A stretch of DNA of 64,000 nt from the NCBI GenBank assembly GCA_951406725.2, contig OX597815.1, positions 2,914,001-2,978,000 on the forward strand. The letters are read 5' to 3'. Shown here piece after piece: positions 24,925 through 37,100 of this stretch (position 1 is the first letter of the stretch; the number at the start of each line of letters is the position of its first letter). This DNA is from Octopus vulgaris. Lineage: Eukaryota. The translations under genes and the position numbers were made by a program. The notes beneath the pieces were generated by a model that saw only the letters and a program-made list of their open reading frames with translations, was not told the DNA's origin and did no database searches.

Positions 24925-25191
24925 ATGATTTTTAGTCTCGTCTATTATGTGAGCGCCATCATTCGTTGGTGCATCGACAGACGACGGAGCCACATGTATC
25001 TGAGACAAATCGGAAAGACGTTCAAGAAATCCAGTCTATTATTCCAGCAAGTCAAACATATAGGGGAAGCAACTGAGTCTCTAACAGTCATCCAGCAGTT
25101 ATCGCCCTTTCTAAAAAATGTTCTCGACTCGAGGTTTTCTGCTCCTTTGGTACAAGATGCCCAGCTTCATTTAGTCTCCATCCACCCAGCT
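24925..25191 (+). CDS. HLCS: Holocarboxylase synthetase, coding exon 1 (exon starts at 24842; 5' UTR 24842-24924)
   Basis: Acceptor tttttttccag at 24840-41, Kozak-like GCCATGA at 24925, donor GCT|gtgagt (phase 0). MIFSLVYYVSAIIRW resembles the N-termini of Drosophila Hcs (MLTLYYVSA...) and the long human HLCS isoform, as recalled. Confidence 0.82.
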
Positions 25192-25289
25192 GTGAGTATA
25201 ATATTTTAAAAACAATTTCATAGTTATGATGTGAATTACGAGTGTCTTAACTGTATTTCAGAGCTTGTAATTGGTTGTATTCTCTTGTA

Positions 25290-26080
25290 ACCAAGAGAAT
25301 ACCCTCCATCAGGCATTTGCCATATTCTGAGCGCCTTACTTCTTCCCTGGGCATGGACGCATTGAAACTCCGACGTCTGGCAGCTGACTTGGCAGACACC
25401 CGTAAAATTATCAACCATCTTACAAACAATAACTCTGAGCACCTTTTCAAACTCCACCCGTCTAACACCCGTGGACATGTTTACAAAGTCAGAAAACAGC
25501 ACAGCTCCTTCCATGACTTTCGGAAACATTTTTTTTCATGCTAAGAGTTGCTGAAGCATGGAACAAACTGCCGGCATCAGTTGTTAGTTGTCGGAGCACT
25601 GCATCCTTCAAAACTTCCATGCTTCCTGAGATTCGCCAACACTACACCTGATTTTCTCCCCCCCATACACACGCAAGCATGTATCTGACTCATACACTGT
25701 TCACTTCCCAGACATTTGTACATTACTGCATATGCTTTATACGCACTTTTTGACAAGTTGTGGTGCACCTGAGCACTGTGTACAATAATATCATTATTAT
25801 TATAATAGAATACTGAAATAATAATGAAATTATTGTGTCTAGTGCCCAGGTGCACTACACCTCATCAAAGGTGCATGTACGGTACATAGAATTATGTACA
25901 AAAGTCAGGAAAGTGAACAGTGTATGAGTCATGATATACATGTGTGCATGTGTATGGAGTGGGGTGGATATCAGGTGTAGCGTTCATTTTCAGGAAGCAT
26001 GGCAGTTTTAAAGGATGCAATGTCTTGGCAGATAATAACTAATGCAGGTAGTTTGTTCCGTGCTTCGGCAACTCTGAGTC
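25290..26080. mobile_element. Two CR1-type LINE 3' ends, tail-to-tail (25290-25800 +, 25820-26080 -)
   Basis: YSERL..LGMDALKLRR...TRGHVYKV...HFF..RV...WN.LP CR1 C-terminus with (ATT)n tail, followed by a diverged inverted copy. Confidence 0.85.
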
Positions 26081-27004
26081 TGAAAGTCATGGGAGAAAAC
26101 TCAAATATTTTAAAGTCTTACAATTTTATTTTTCATTTTAGTTCTTACATAGAATGTGGCCGATGCCAGTGCCGCCTTGACTGGCTTCTTTGCTGGTGGC
26201 ACGTAACCTGCAGTGCTTGAGGAGACCTATTGAATCAAGTACATCAACATCAAAATAAATATTAAATGGAAATTGTAGTTGTGATACCTGTGCCTGTGGC
26301 ATGTAAAAAGCACCATCCGAATGTGGCCGCTGCCAGCCTCCCCTGGCACCTGTGCCAGTGGCATGTAAAAAGCACCCACTACACTCACGGAGTGGTTGGC
26401 GTTAGGAAGGGCATCCAGCTGTAGAAACACTGCCAGATCAGAGTGGAGCCTGGTGCAGCCTCCTGGCTTCCCAGTCTCCAGTCAAACCATCCAGCCTGTG
26501 CTAGCATGGAAAACGTACATTAACGATGATGATGATAGGAATACCTGTAAAATTCCATGCCTTATCACTGATCTTATTTCAGTTTTGATGCACCTTTTTC
26601 TCCTCTTTGTGGCCCTTTAACAGTTTGCTTTTCTGTTTCTCTTTGGTTTGCTTACTAAAGCTTTCAATATCCCTGTTAGGAAATATATTTTTTTATGTAA
26701 TTAATTCCTTTATATCTATGTAAAATTGCTTGACATAAAAAATACATGGAAACCCGTATTACTTAATGTTGGGTCATTCAAATCTAAAAAAACAGACCCT
26801 CTTAACCTCCTCTGCCTAATTCCCATACCCGACCCTACAAAAACAGGTGAACCCAATGATCCTCATCTCTTTTATGACCTTGAACACTATCAACATCATT
26901 ACCAACTCCTCTACCAGGTGTGAGGTGAAATAAGTCAGTTGCAGAGCCTCGACAGCAATGGGTCTCAACCCAGTTCCATATGGCCATAGAAGATTTTGCT
27001 GTTT

Positions 27005-27238
27005 AGGCGGCAAGCTGGCAGAAACGTTAGCACACCAGGCGAAATACTTAGCGGTATTTCATCTGCCATAACGTTCTGAGTTCAAATTCCGCCAAGGTCA
27101 ACTTTGCCTTTCATCCTTTCGGAGTCGATAAATTAAGTACCAGTTACACACTGGGTTCAATATAATCGACTTAATCCGTTTGTCTGTCCTTATTTGTCCC
27201 CGTTGTGTTTAGCCCCTTGTGGGTAGTAAAGAAATAAG
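27005..27238 (+). mobile_element. SINE A with 18-bp target-site duplication
   Basis: AGAAGATTTTGCTGTTTA on both sides. Confidence 0.85.
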
Positions 27239-27881
27239 AAGATTTTGCTGTTTAAATTCATCTGCAATATATTGGTTATACTTCTACAATACATAGGTGC
27301 AGGAGTGGCTGTGTGGTAGCTTGCTTTGCAACCACATGGTTTCAGGTTCAGTCCCACTTTGTGGTACCTTGGGCAAATGTTGTCTACTATAGCTTCAGGC
27401 CAACTAAAGCCTTGTGAGTGGATTTGGTAGTCGGAAACTGAGGGACACCTGTTGTATATATATGTATATGTATATATCATCATCATAATCATTGTTTAAC
27501 GTCTGTTTTCCATGTTGGCATGGGTTGAACGTTCAACTGGGGTCTGGGAAGCCAGGAGGCAGGCTACATCAGGCTCCAATCTGATCTGGCAGTGTTTCTA
27601 CAGCTGGATGCCCTTCCTAACGCCAACCACTCTGAGAGTGTAGTTGGTGCTTTTTATGTGCCACCAGCACAGGGGCCAGAGGAGGCTGGCAATGACCACG
27701 ATCAGTTGGTGCTTTTTTACATGCCACCAGCACGGGGATCACAACTACAATTTCCATTTGATTCTGATGTACTTGACTCAATAGATCTCCTCAAGCACAG
27801 CATGTCACCCTACGATCCAAGGTACTTTTGAGTGGGTTGGGGCTGGTTATGCAACACTGGTGTATATGTTTTTTTTTTGTT

Positions 27882-27925
<44 letters not shown>

Positions 27926-28842
27926 GTGTGTATATGTTTGTGTGTCTGTGTTTGTCTCCCCATCATCATTTGACAACCAATGTTGGTGTGTTTACATCCT
28001 CATAACTTAGCGGTTCGGCAAAAAAGACCAATAGAATAAGGACTAGGCTTACAAAGAATAAATCCTGGGTCAATTTGTTCAACTAAATGTGATGTTCCAG
28101 CATGGCCACAGTCAAATAGCTGAAACCAGTAAAAGAATAAAAGAATAAATTCTAAATATTTTAAAAACATAAGATTTTTTTTTAAAACATTGATCGATGC
28201 CAGTGTCACACAGCAGGCTCTTGTGCCGGTGGTATGTAAAAGCACCCATGCCAGTGGCACATAAAAGGCACCCATTACACTGTAGGAGGGAGTGGTTGGC
28301 ATTAGGAAGGGCATCCAGCCACAGAAACCAAGCCAAGCCCAAACTGGAACCTGGTGCTGCTCTCTGGCTTACCAGTTCCAGTCAAACTGTCCAACCCATG
28401 CCAGCATGGAAAAACGGATGCTAAATGATGATGATGATGGTGATGATGATTGAATGACTATGGGGGTCCATCTGAGTAAAATTGAAATCAAAAGGGTACA
28501 GGTAAAAAAAATGATTGAGAAATACTATAAGATTGGTCAATCTGCTAAAAATAGCAGCCAAACCTTTCTCAGTCAAACCTTTCTCAGCTGGCAGAAACGT
28601 TAGCACGCCAGGTGAAATACTTAGCGGTATTTCGTCTGCCGCTACGTTCTGAGTTCAAATTCCACCGAGGTCGACTTTGCCTTTCATCCTTTTGGGGTCG
28701 ATTGAATAAGTACCAGTTACGCACTGGAGTCGATATAATCGACTTAATCCATTTGTCTGTCCTTGTTTGTCCCCTCTGTGTTTCAAACCTGAAGGACACA
28801 TCAGATAACAGGTTTCTTTTTTTTGTCTTTTTTCTTTTTCAG

Positions 28843-29007
28843 GTGACAGTTAACTTAAAAGACTGGCATCTTTATCGAGATGTCTCTAACGAAGACCTCC
28901 AGTCGTTTCCTCCCGATATTCTGACTGTCCTTCTTGAAGCTGGCATCACTCATTTGACTTCCCCTGTTGATAACCTGGAAGAAACTGTGAAAGAAGACTG
29001 CGTTGAG
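28843..29007 (+). CDS. HLCS: HLCS coding exon 2 (VTVNLKDWHLY...KEDCVE)
   Basis: Long polypyrimidine tract plus ag acceptor, GAG|gtaaac donor, 165 nt, phase 0/0, in frame with exons 1 and 3. Confidence 0.82.
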
Positions 29008-30100
29008 GTAAACATTTCTTTCAGTCTGTTTTTCAAGGACTTCAAAGACACGGAGCCACATTTGGTGCCCCTTAATTTCTACTGTTCACATTAGGGAAAG
29101 AACATTTTCAGTGGTCTGGGTATTTGGCTCACAATCAGAAGGTTGTGGGTTCGATCCCTGGCTGCGTATTATGTCCTTGAGCAAGAATGAGTTGCACCTC
29201 GATTTCAAAGGGTCAGCCTTGTCACGTTCTGTGTCTCAATGAATCTCCCTGAGAACTATGTTAAGGGTACACAGTTGTCTGCAGAGTACTCAGCCACTTG
29301 TATATTAATTGCAAGAGTGGACTCTTCTATTGGTCAGATCAGCTGGAACCCCCACCGTTGTAACTGACGGAGAGCCAGGCTGAAGCAAGTAATACGGGGC
29401 CAACTTTACATGAAGGACCTGGGCCAATTTTGGAAACTTTGTTTGACCAAAAAAGTGCATCTGATGTGCCCCCAAGTCTGGTGGGTTTTCTTACTTTTAT
29501 CTCTAATCATGCCATGGAAAATGTCCTAACATATAGGCAGAGGCATGGCTGTGTGGTAAGAAGTTTGCTTCCCAACTACATGGGTCTGAGTTCAGTACAC
29601 TTGCATGGCATGGGTCAAATGTTTTCTACCATAACCTTGGGCCGATGAGAACCTTGTGAGTGGATTTGGTGGATGGAAAAAATTGAGAAAACCTCATCAT
29701 ATATCTGTATGTAGGTATTAGGTATGTATGCATGTGTGTGTATGTATACACACACACACATAAGATTCAAGGATCAACGTGTAGGAAGAAGGTTAACTTC
29801 AAGCAATCTGTAGTAAATATAAAAAAACAACTTTCAGGGACAATAGTGGTTTATTGAGATGGAAAGTTGGGGATTCTTTTTTGGATCAAAGTATGATAAA
29901 CTGAAAAAAGTTCTTTTTATATTTCATGGTAAGCAACCAAGGTTGCCAGTTGTGTGAATAAGAATACAAGAGTTACGGAATGGAGTAGATAAGATACAAA
30001 CTACATATCTTTCATAGCGAGCAGAACCTCAGCAGTGGTAAATATCCAGGCGAGGAGTATACCGCAGGCTACACTTCAAGGCCAAGGGTATCTTGATTAA

Positions 30101-30332
30101 GGCAGCGAGCTGGCAGAAACGTTAACACGCCAGGTGAAATGCTTAGCGGTATTTTGTCTGCCGCTACATTCTGAGTTCAAATTCCGCCGAGGTTGACTTT
30201 GCCTTTCATCTTTTCGGGGTTGATTGAATAAGTACCAGTTACACACTGGAGTCGATATAATTGACTTCATTCGTTTGTCTGTCCTTGTTTGTCCCCTGTG
30301 TGTTTAGCCCCTTGTGGGTAGTAAAGAAATAG
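30101..30332 (+). mobile_element. SINE A with target-site duplication
   Basis: AGGGTATCTTG(A/T)TTAA on both sides. Confidence 0.85.
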
Positions 30333-30682
30333 GGTATCTTGTTTAAATGAAAGTTTACATTGTGGCAAGGAGGTACGTGTTAGCGCATGGAAGATTCAAT
30401 CAGAATATATGTATATACATACAAATGTGTGTATGTATCTGGGTTTGTCCCCCAACCCTTGCTTGACAACAGGTGCCGGTTTGTTTATGTCCCTGTAACT
30501 TAACAATTCAGTGTAAGAGACCGATGGAATAAATACCAGCCTTGAATAAAGGAAAACAAGTCCTGGGGTCAATTCCTTTCACTAACAGTTCTTCAAGGTG
30601 GTGCTCCAGCATGGCCACAGTCTAATGACTAAAACAAATAAAAGACACTTGGTGGCAATTTGTTTCCTTATTTTTCTTCTAG

Positions 30683-30833
30683 ATCCATGATTATGGCAGA
30701 ACTTTGGCCTGGAAAGCAGGAATGCCATGTTCTATCTTAATGTCTTGTACACCAAGTAACCTCTTGAATATGGGTCTGGCAGTCACAAATGGTAAATTAC
30801 GCTTCCAAGAATTAACAGTGGAATCAATTTTAT
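30683..30833 (+). CDS. HLCS: HLCS coding exon 3 (IHDYGRTLAWKAGMPCSIL...VESIL)
   Basis: ttttcttctag acceptor, T|gtaagt donor (phase 1). Aligns by eye with human HLCS WSDCCLPLACRPGDPYRLIAEASVDNFSKLGVAF. Confidence 0.87.
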
Positions 30834-31287
30834 GTAAGTCACTTCTTTATTTTCTTTGTTTCTTGCCCTTTCCCCTTCAACCCACCATCGCACCCCCACC
30901 TCCCCACTATTACTATCCACTGCACCCCCTACTCCCACCCATGTGAACCCTTATTGGGGTCCACCCTGTTGCAGTAGTTGGATCACTCCTCCTCTTCCCC
31001 GATTTTCCCTTCCAGTCTTGAAGGTCCTGGAAAAAGGGTCGAAGGGATGCAGTGGGGGAGGTGACTGCCCTTAATAAAAACAAAGCAAAAAATATCTCAA
31101 CAAAAAGAAAACTGTTCTTGAGTAAAGAACGAAAGTCACAGAATTCTTTCGAGGTTGTTAAAATGAAGTCCTACCAATTTTGAGCTTTGGGGGCCAGTGT
31201 ATTCAACAAACCCCGATTCCCTAAAATTGTTGGTCTTGTGCAAAATTTATGAAAAATTATTATTGTTATCATTTATTATTATCCTGA

Positions 31288-31960
31288 AGGCAGTGACTCT
31301 AGTAGGATTGTTAGCAGGATGGATAAAATGCTTAGCGCTATTTCACCCGATCGCTGTGTTCTGAGCTCAAATTCCACCGAGGTCGACTTTGCATTTTATT
31401 CTTTCGAAGATAATAAATTAAGTAGCAGTGAAACACTGGGGGTCAATGTAATTGACTTGTCCCCTTCTCCAAAATTTCAAGCCTTGTACCTATAGTAGAA
31501 AGATCATCATCATCATTATTATTATTATTAGTAGTAGTAGTAGTAGTACTATTAAGGCAGTGAACTGGCAGAACCGTTAGCACGCTGGGTGAAATGCTTA
31601 GCAGTATTTCGCCCATCGCTGCATTCTGAGTTCAAATTCTGCCAAGGTTGACTTTGCCTTTCATCTTTTCAGGATTGATAAATTAAGTACCAGTGAAACA
31701 CTGGGGATTGATGTAATTAATTAGTCCCCTCTCCCAAAATTTCAGGCCTCGTGCCTTCAGTAGAAAAGATTATTATTATTATTATTAAGGTTGTGAGGTA
31801 ACAGAATCCTTAACTCTCTGGGTAAAAATCCTTAGCAGCATTTCATGTCTTAATGTTCTGAGTTCGAATTCTGTTGCGATCAACTTTGCCTTTCATCCCT
31901 TCAGGGATTCAATTCCCCCCCCTCCAAATTTCTGGCCTTGTGCCAAAATCTGAAACCATT
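31288..31960 (+). mobile_element. Cluster of three older SINE A-related copies separated by (ATT)n
   Basis: Repeated head/core with CpG decay, directly upstream of HLCS exon 4. Similar clusters at 38200-38750 and 50960-51300. Confidence 0.75.
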
Positions 31961-32011
31961 ATTATTGTTCTTGTTAATGTTAACTGTTTTCTCTTTCCTT
32001 TCCTTGTCCAG

Positions 32012-32802
32012 CAATAAATATAGAAGGGTGTGGCTCTAACCTAATCCTTCCTCCGGCCGTGAAGGACAACTTAAAACGGTACAGTATTGGCAGTGAGAAC
32101 AGCATCGATGATCAGGATTCTTGTTGTTGCCATTCTAACGAAGCGTTGGCGTCGCCATGTGCCAGTGAGACCCACTCGGATGAAGACCTCCTGCTCGACA
32201 GCGACTCAGAAATGGCTGCTGGAGATGTGAAATACGAAAAGATGGAAGCAGATGAGGCCAAAGTGGATTTGGAATTCCAGAGACCTGCCAACGTTGCTGT
32301 GAAACCACCAAACATTCTTGTTTACTGTGGCAAAAAAGACTCCAAACGTAAATTCGAATCCTTCAAGACCATGCTTGAAAAATGCTTGTCTTCAGATTGC
32401 TATGCGATTTACCAACTTCAGCACAATCAAATCAACACAGCACCCTGGATGGACAACACCATATTGTTGGTTATTGCGTGCGAAAGACTCTATGATGACA
32501 TTGACCATGTGATATTTAGCTATTTTGAGAAAGGTGGGAAGCTGATGAGTTTGGCAAGCAATATTGATTCTTTGTTCCTTGACAAAGAATTGGTTCGTCG
32601 TTCTGCAGACTTGGTGAATGTATCATGCCATCATTGGAGTAACGTTCCGATGATGGCCGGACGTTACATCTACTCAAATGCTTTAAAATCCTCCAATTTT
32701 AATTGTACAGTTTTAGCTTCAGAAAGTTCTAGCCAAAACTCTTTGATTGTTAAGTTAGAATCTCCAGCAGACCTCGACCAAGGAGTTGCTGTCTTATCTC
32801 AG
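32012..32802 (+). CDS. HLCS: HLCS coding exon 4 (KPPNILVY ... APWMDNTILLVIA ... GVAVLSQ; BPL N-terminal domain)
   Basis: ccttgtccag acceptor, phase matches exon 3, CAG|gtgagt donor. KPPNILVY, PW.DN..LLVI and G.AVLSQ are typical HLCS motifs. Confidence 0.95.
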
Positions 32803-33799
32803 GTGAGTTGATTAGAAAAACCTGAAATTTTGTTGAATTATTTTTACATGCTTTGTGTGTGTGTGTGTGTGTGTATGTGTGTGTGTGTGTATGTGTGTGT
32901 GTGTGTGTAAGCACCAGTGATGGTACCACATAAAAAGTTCCCAGTACACTTTGTAAGGTGGCTGACATTAGGAGGGGCATTGAGCTGTGGAAACCAAGCC
33001 AAAACAGACAAATGGGACCTGGTGCAACTCCCAGGCTTGCCAGCTCCTGTCAAACTGTCCAGCCCAAGCCAGTGTGGAAATCTGATGTTAAATGAGGATC
33101 TTTATATATAGATTGGGGGAATAATTAAAACCCTGTTCATCTGGTCACGAGCTCATTGTACTGGTTTTTAGCTAGCGTAGTATTTGAAAAGCAAAAGATC
33201 TGTAAGACTTCGATTGATGCTAAAGGTGAGCAGTGCACAGCTTCATGGTAAGATCCCGTGGGTTTAATATAATAAACCCAGCAGAGTGGATAACAAAAGC
33301 AAGGATTTAAATGAGGAAAGGACAAGTCAGATTGACATTACAGTTGTTTCTATAAATGGACAATATTTTTATTTCATACAATATAGGCGCTGGAGTGGCT
33401 GTGTGGTAAGTAGCTTGCTAACCAACCACATGGTTCCGGGTTCAGTCCCACTGCGTGGCATCTTGGGCAAGTATCTTCTGCTGTAGCCCCGGGCTGACCA
33501 ATGCCTTGTGAGTGGATTTGGTAGACGGAAACTGAAAGAAGCCTGTTGTATATATGTACATATATATGTATGTGTGTGTGTATCTGTGTTTGTCCCCCTA
33601 GCATTGCTTGACAACCGATGCTGGTGTGTTTACGTCCCCGTCACTTAGCGGTTCGGCAAAAGAGACCGATAGAATAAGTACTGGGCTTACAAAGAATAAG
33701 TACCGGGGTCGATTTGCTCGACTAAAGGCGGTGCTCCAGCATGGCCACAGTCAAATGACTGAAACAAGTAAAAGAGTAAAAGAGATATGTGTTTTTGTA

Positions 33800-34400
33800 T
33801 TCATCATCATCATCATTGTTTAACATCCGCTTTCCATGCTAGCATGGGTTGGACAATTTTGACTGAGGTCTGGCGAACCAGACGGCCGCACCAGTCTCCA
33901 ATCTTGATCTGGCAGAGTTTCTACAGCTGGATGCCCTTCCTAACGCCAACCACTCCGAGAGTGTAGTGGGTGCTTTTTACGTGCCACAGGCACGGGGCCA
34001 GTGGGGCGGTACTGGCAATGACCTCGCTCAAATCTTTTTACACATGCCACCGGCACAGGTGCCAGTAAAGCAACGTTGGTAATGATCACACTCGAATGGT
34101 GCCCTTTTATGTGCCACTGGCATGGAGGCCAGTTGGCTGCTCTGACAATGATCACGCTCGGATGGTGCTCTTGGCACCCTACTAGCACAGTCATAAGTGC
34201 CAGTAAGGCGACACTGGTAACGATCACACTCGAATGGTGCCCTTTTATGTGCCACCGGCATGGAGCCAGTTGGCTGCTCTAGCAACAATCTTGCTCGGAT
34301 GGTGCTCTTGGCACCCTACTAGCACGGGCACAGGTGCCAGTAAGGCAACGCTGGTAACGATCACACTCGAATGGTGCCCTTTTATGTGCCACTGGCACAT
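33800..34400 (-). mobile_element. RTE 3'-tail repeat with expanded internal tandem modules
   Basis: (CAT)n-CGTTTAAC...CTACAGCTGGATGCCCTTCCTAACGCCAACC followed by several ~60-65-bp modules. About 20 copies of this tail occur in both orientations across the window. Confidence 0.85.
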
Positions 34401-34809
34401 CATTATTATTTAATGTCCATCTTCCATGCTGGCATGGCTAGACATTTCATGAGGGTCCAACAAGTCTGCATCATGCTCTCCTGTCTGCTTGGCATGACCT
34501 CTCCACCTGAATGCTCTTCTGAATGCCATCCTCTAACCAAAGACCACTGGAAGCTTTATTTAGTTTTACCTTTTATCTTAAGTCATTAGATGAGAAGGTT
34601 GATGCTAGATGTGGAAAACAACCATCTCATTTTTTTTTTCTCATGGCTTCTCATGTACCAGTGTCCTGGTTTTCAAATAGGACAAACCATGTGCCCAGAA
34701 CCCTGAGATTATTTGGAAATACAAGGCGTGTTATATAAAAACCTGCCTAATCATGTTTTAATGGCAAAAGACTATTTGTAACTCATATTTTAAATACTGA
34801 GTGCATTAA

Positions 34810-35031
34810 CCCTTTCGATACTAACCTGGCTGAAACCACCTCTGGATTTGTAGTACAAATGTCTTGTTTTCATAAGTTCTGAATTAAAATCTTCCACCAA
34901 ACCTTAGTCACAATTTATGTTCCTAACACTAGTTTAATGATAACAAAGTTATTTTACTAAATTCTTTGTTATATTTAAAATTAATTGAAAGAAACCCAGA
35001 GCATCTCAACAGAAATACAGTAACGAAAGGG
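34810..35031. mobile_element. piggyBac-type MITE
   Basis: TTAA|CCCTTTCGATAC ... GTAACGAAAGGG|TTAA terminal inverted repeats and TTAA duplication. Confidence 0.85.
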
Positions 35032-35238
35032 TTAAATATTTATCTCTCATTAGATGTAGTTCTTTTTTTGTTGATCCAACCATAACAGAACGGTAAACCC
35101 TCTCTCTCTCCCTCCCCCTCTCCCTCTCTCTCTCTCCATCCATCATCATTATCATATATATTGTTTATTTATTGTTTATTTATGCAAATTCAAGCTTTAA
35201 TATTCAAAGAGTTTCCCATTTCCGTTGCTTCCGTTTAG

Positions 35239-35385
35239 GTCTACTTTGATACTGACCACTGCGGTAAACCGAGCGAGGATTTTTATGAAATTCTTTGCCA
35301 TTTGATGTCCACTCATCTTGAACTTGAATGTTCCAGCCAAGATGTTCCTCAGCTGACCCCCGCCAAACTTTTCACTAAAACAAAG
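35239..35385 (+). CDS. HLCS: HLCS coding exon 5 (VYFDTDHCGKPSEDFYEILCHLMSTHLELECSSQDVPQLTPAKLFTKTK)
   Basis: ccgtttag acceptor, AAG|gtaaga donor, 147 nt, phase 0/0. Matches HLCS VHLE...EDF...YEVL...VPALTP. Not present in the supplied ORF track. Confidence 0.9.
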
Positions 35386-36684
35386 GTAAGAATTGCCATT
35401 TATTCCATTGAATTCATTCATCTTATGTAACTCTTAATTTTCTTTTTCTTTCTTTCTTTGTTTTTCACTGAAAGAGTAGAATTGTTGTTGTTGTATTAGA
35501 AGATTATGGTGCAGTGGAATAAATTTAGGGATCCAAACTGCAGAGTGTTTTTACTTTAACTGAAACCTATTAGATCATCATCATCATCGTTTAACATCCG
35601 CTATCCATGCTAGCATGGGTTGGACGATTTTGACAGAGGACTGGCAAACCAGATGGATGCACCAGGCTCCAATCTATTCTGGCAGAGTTTCTACAGCTGG
35701 ATGCCCTTCCTAACGTCAACCACTCCAAGAGTGTAGTGGGTGCTTTTACGTGCCACCGGCAATTTAGTAGGAATATTTTTCGAAAATCTCCCAACCACAT
35801 GGTTCTGGGTTCAGTCCTTCTCCATGGCACCTTGGGCAAGTGTCTTCTATTTGCGTGACACCAGTTTTTGTTACAGCTATGATTTTGCTCGGCTTGATGG
35901 GTCTTCTTCTCAAGCATGACATAATGCCAAAGGTCTTGGTCATTGCCTCCGTGAGACCCATCACTCGAAAGGAACTCAGCCACTTTGCCTCTCAATAAAA
36001 TGTATTGGCTTCAAATTCTGGCACAAGGCCAGCAATTTTGGTGGAGGGTCAGTTACATTCAACTGGCACTTATTTCATTGAGCCCCGGAAGAATGAAAAG
36101 CATGGTTGACTGTGGTGGATCTGAACCCAGGTTACAAAGGTAGACAAATGTCACTAAGTGTTTTTCCCAGCATGCTATCAATTCTGCCAGCCCCAAGAAT
36201 TAAAGGCGATGACAGTGACCAACTTCCTTCTGTCAAAATTGCTGACCATCGGCCTTTGTTAGAAACAACATAACCACTTGGCCTTTGTGTCTTGTTCCAG
36301 TCCCTGTCTGGCCAGACTGGAGCATCTGCTTTTCTGCTTCCTGTGAAAGTGTTGCATTCCACTGGTCAGCTGGTCCATCTGTTACCAGCACCCTCTGGAT
36401 GGTGGACCCAGTATGCCATGGTGGTGCTGATGCATTGACATGCACCTAGGCTGCACCAACTGCAAATCCTCCTGGACAGTGACCAGCTGTAATCTTCATT
36501 TGTAACACACACTCATCTGTATTTTATTCCTGTGGCTAAAATGAGTTCTTGTGTCAGGAAAAGAAAAGATTGGGTGCTACTGGAACCTGGAATGTCATCA
36601 AGCACTTGTCTCACTCTGCATTCAGTGGATGTTCCACTTTAGCAATATATGGAGATTTAGTGGTGAGCAAGAGTGATGATGTTA

Positions 36685-37100
36685 AGGCAGCGAGCTGGCA
36701 GAAACGTTAGCATGCCGGGCGAAATCCTTAGCAGTATTTTGTCTGCCGTTACGTTCTGAGTTCAAATTCTGCCAAGGTCAACTTTGCTTTTCATCCTTTC
36801 GGGGTTGATTAAATAAGTACCAGTTATGCACTGGGATCGATATAACCAACTTAATCCGTTTGTCTGTCCTTGTTCATCCTCTCTGTGTTTAGCCCCTTGT
36901 GGGTAGTAAAGAAATAGGTATTTCGTCTGCCGTTACGTTCTGAGTTCAAATTCCGCCGAGGTCGTCTTTGCCTTTCATCCTTTCGGGGTCGATTAAATAA
37001 GTACCAGTGTTTCAGTAGGGTCGATGTAATCGACTTAATCCGTTTGTCTGTCCTTATTTGTCCCCTCTGTGTGTAGCCCCTTGTGGGCAGTAAAGAAATT
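36685..37100 (+). mobile_element. SINE A dimer with target-site duplication
   Basis: AGAGTGATGATGTT flanks both ends, so the dimer inserted as one unit. Confidence 0.85.

Noticed and set aside
33960-34400. Regularly spaced palindromic repeats resembling a CRISPR array
   Set aside because: The spacers are themselves repeated, the context is eukaryotic, there are no cas genes, and the units belong to an RTE 3' UTR.
35275-35310. Suspected frameshift or premature stop in HLCS exon 5
   Set aside because: Recounting GAT TTT TAT GAA shows the exon is 147 nt and open throughout.
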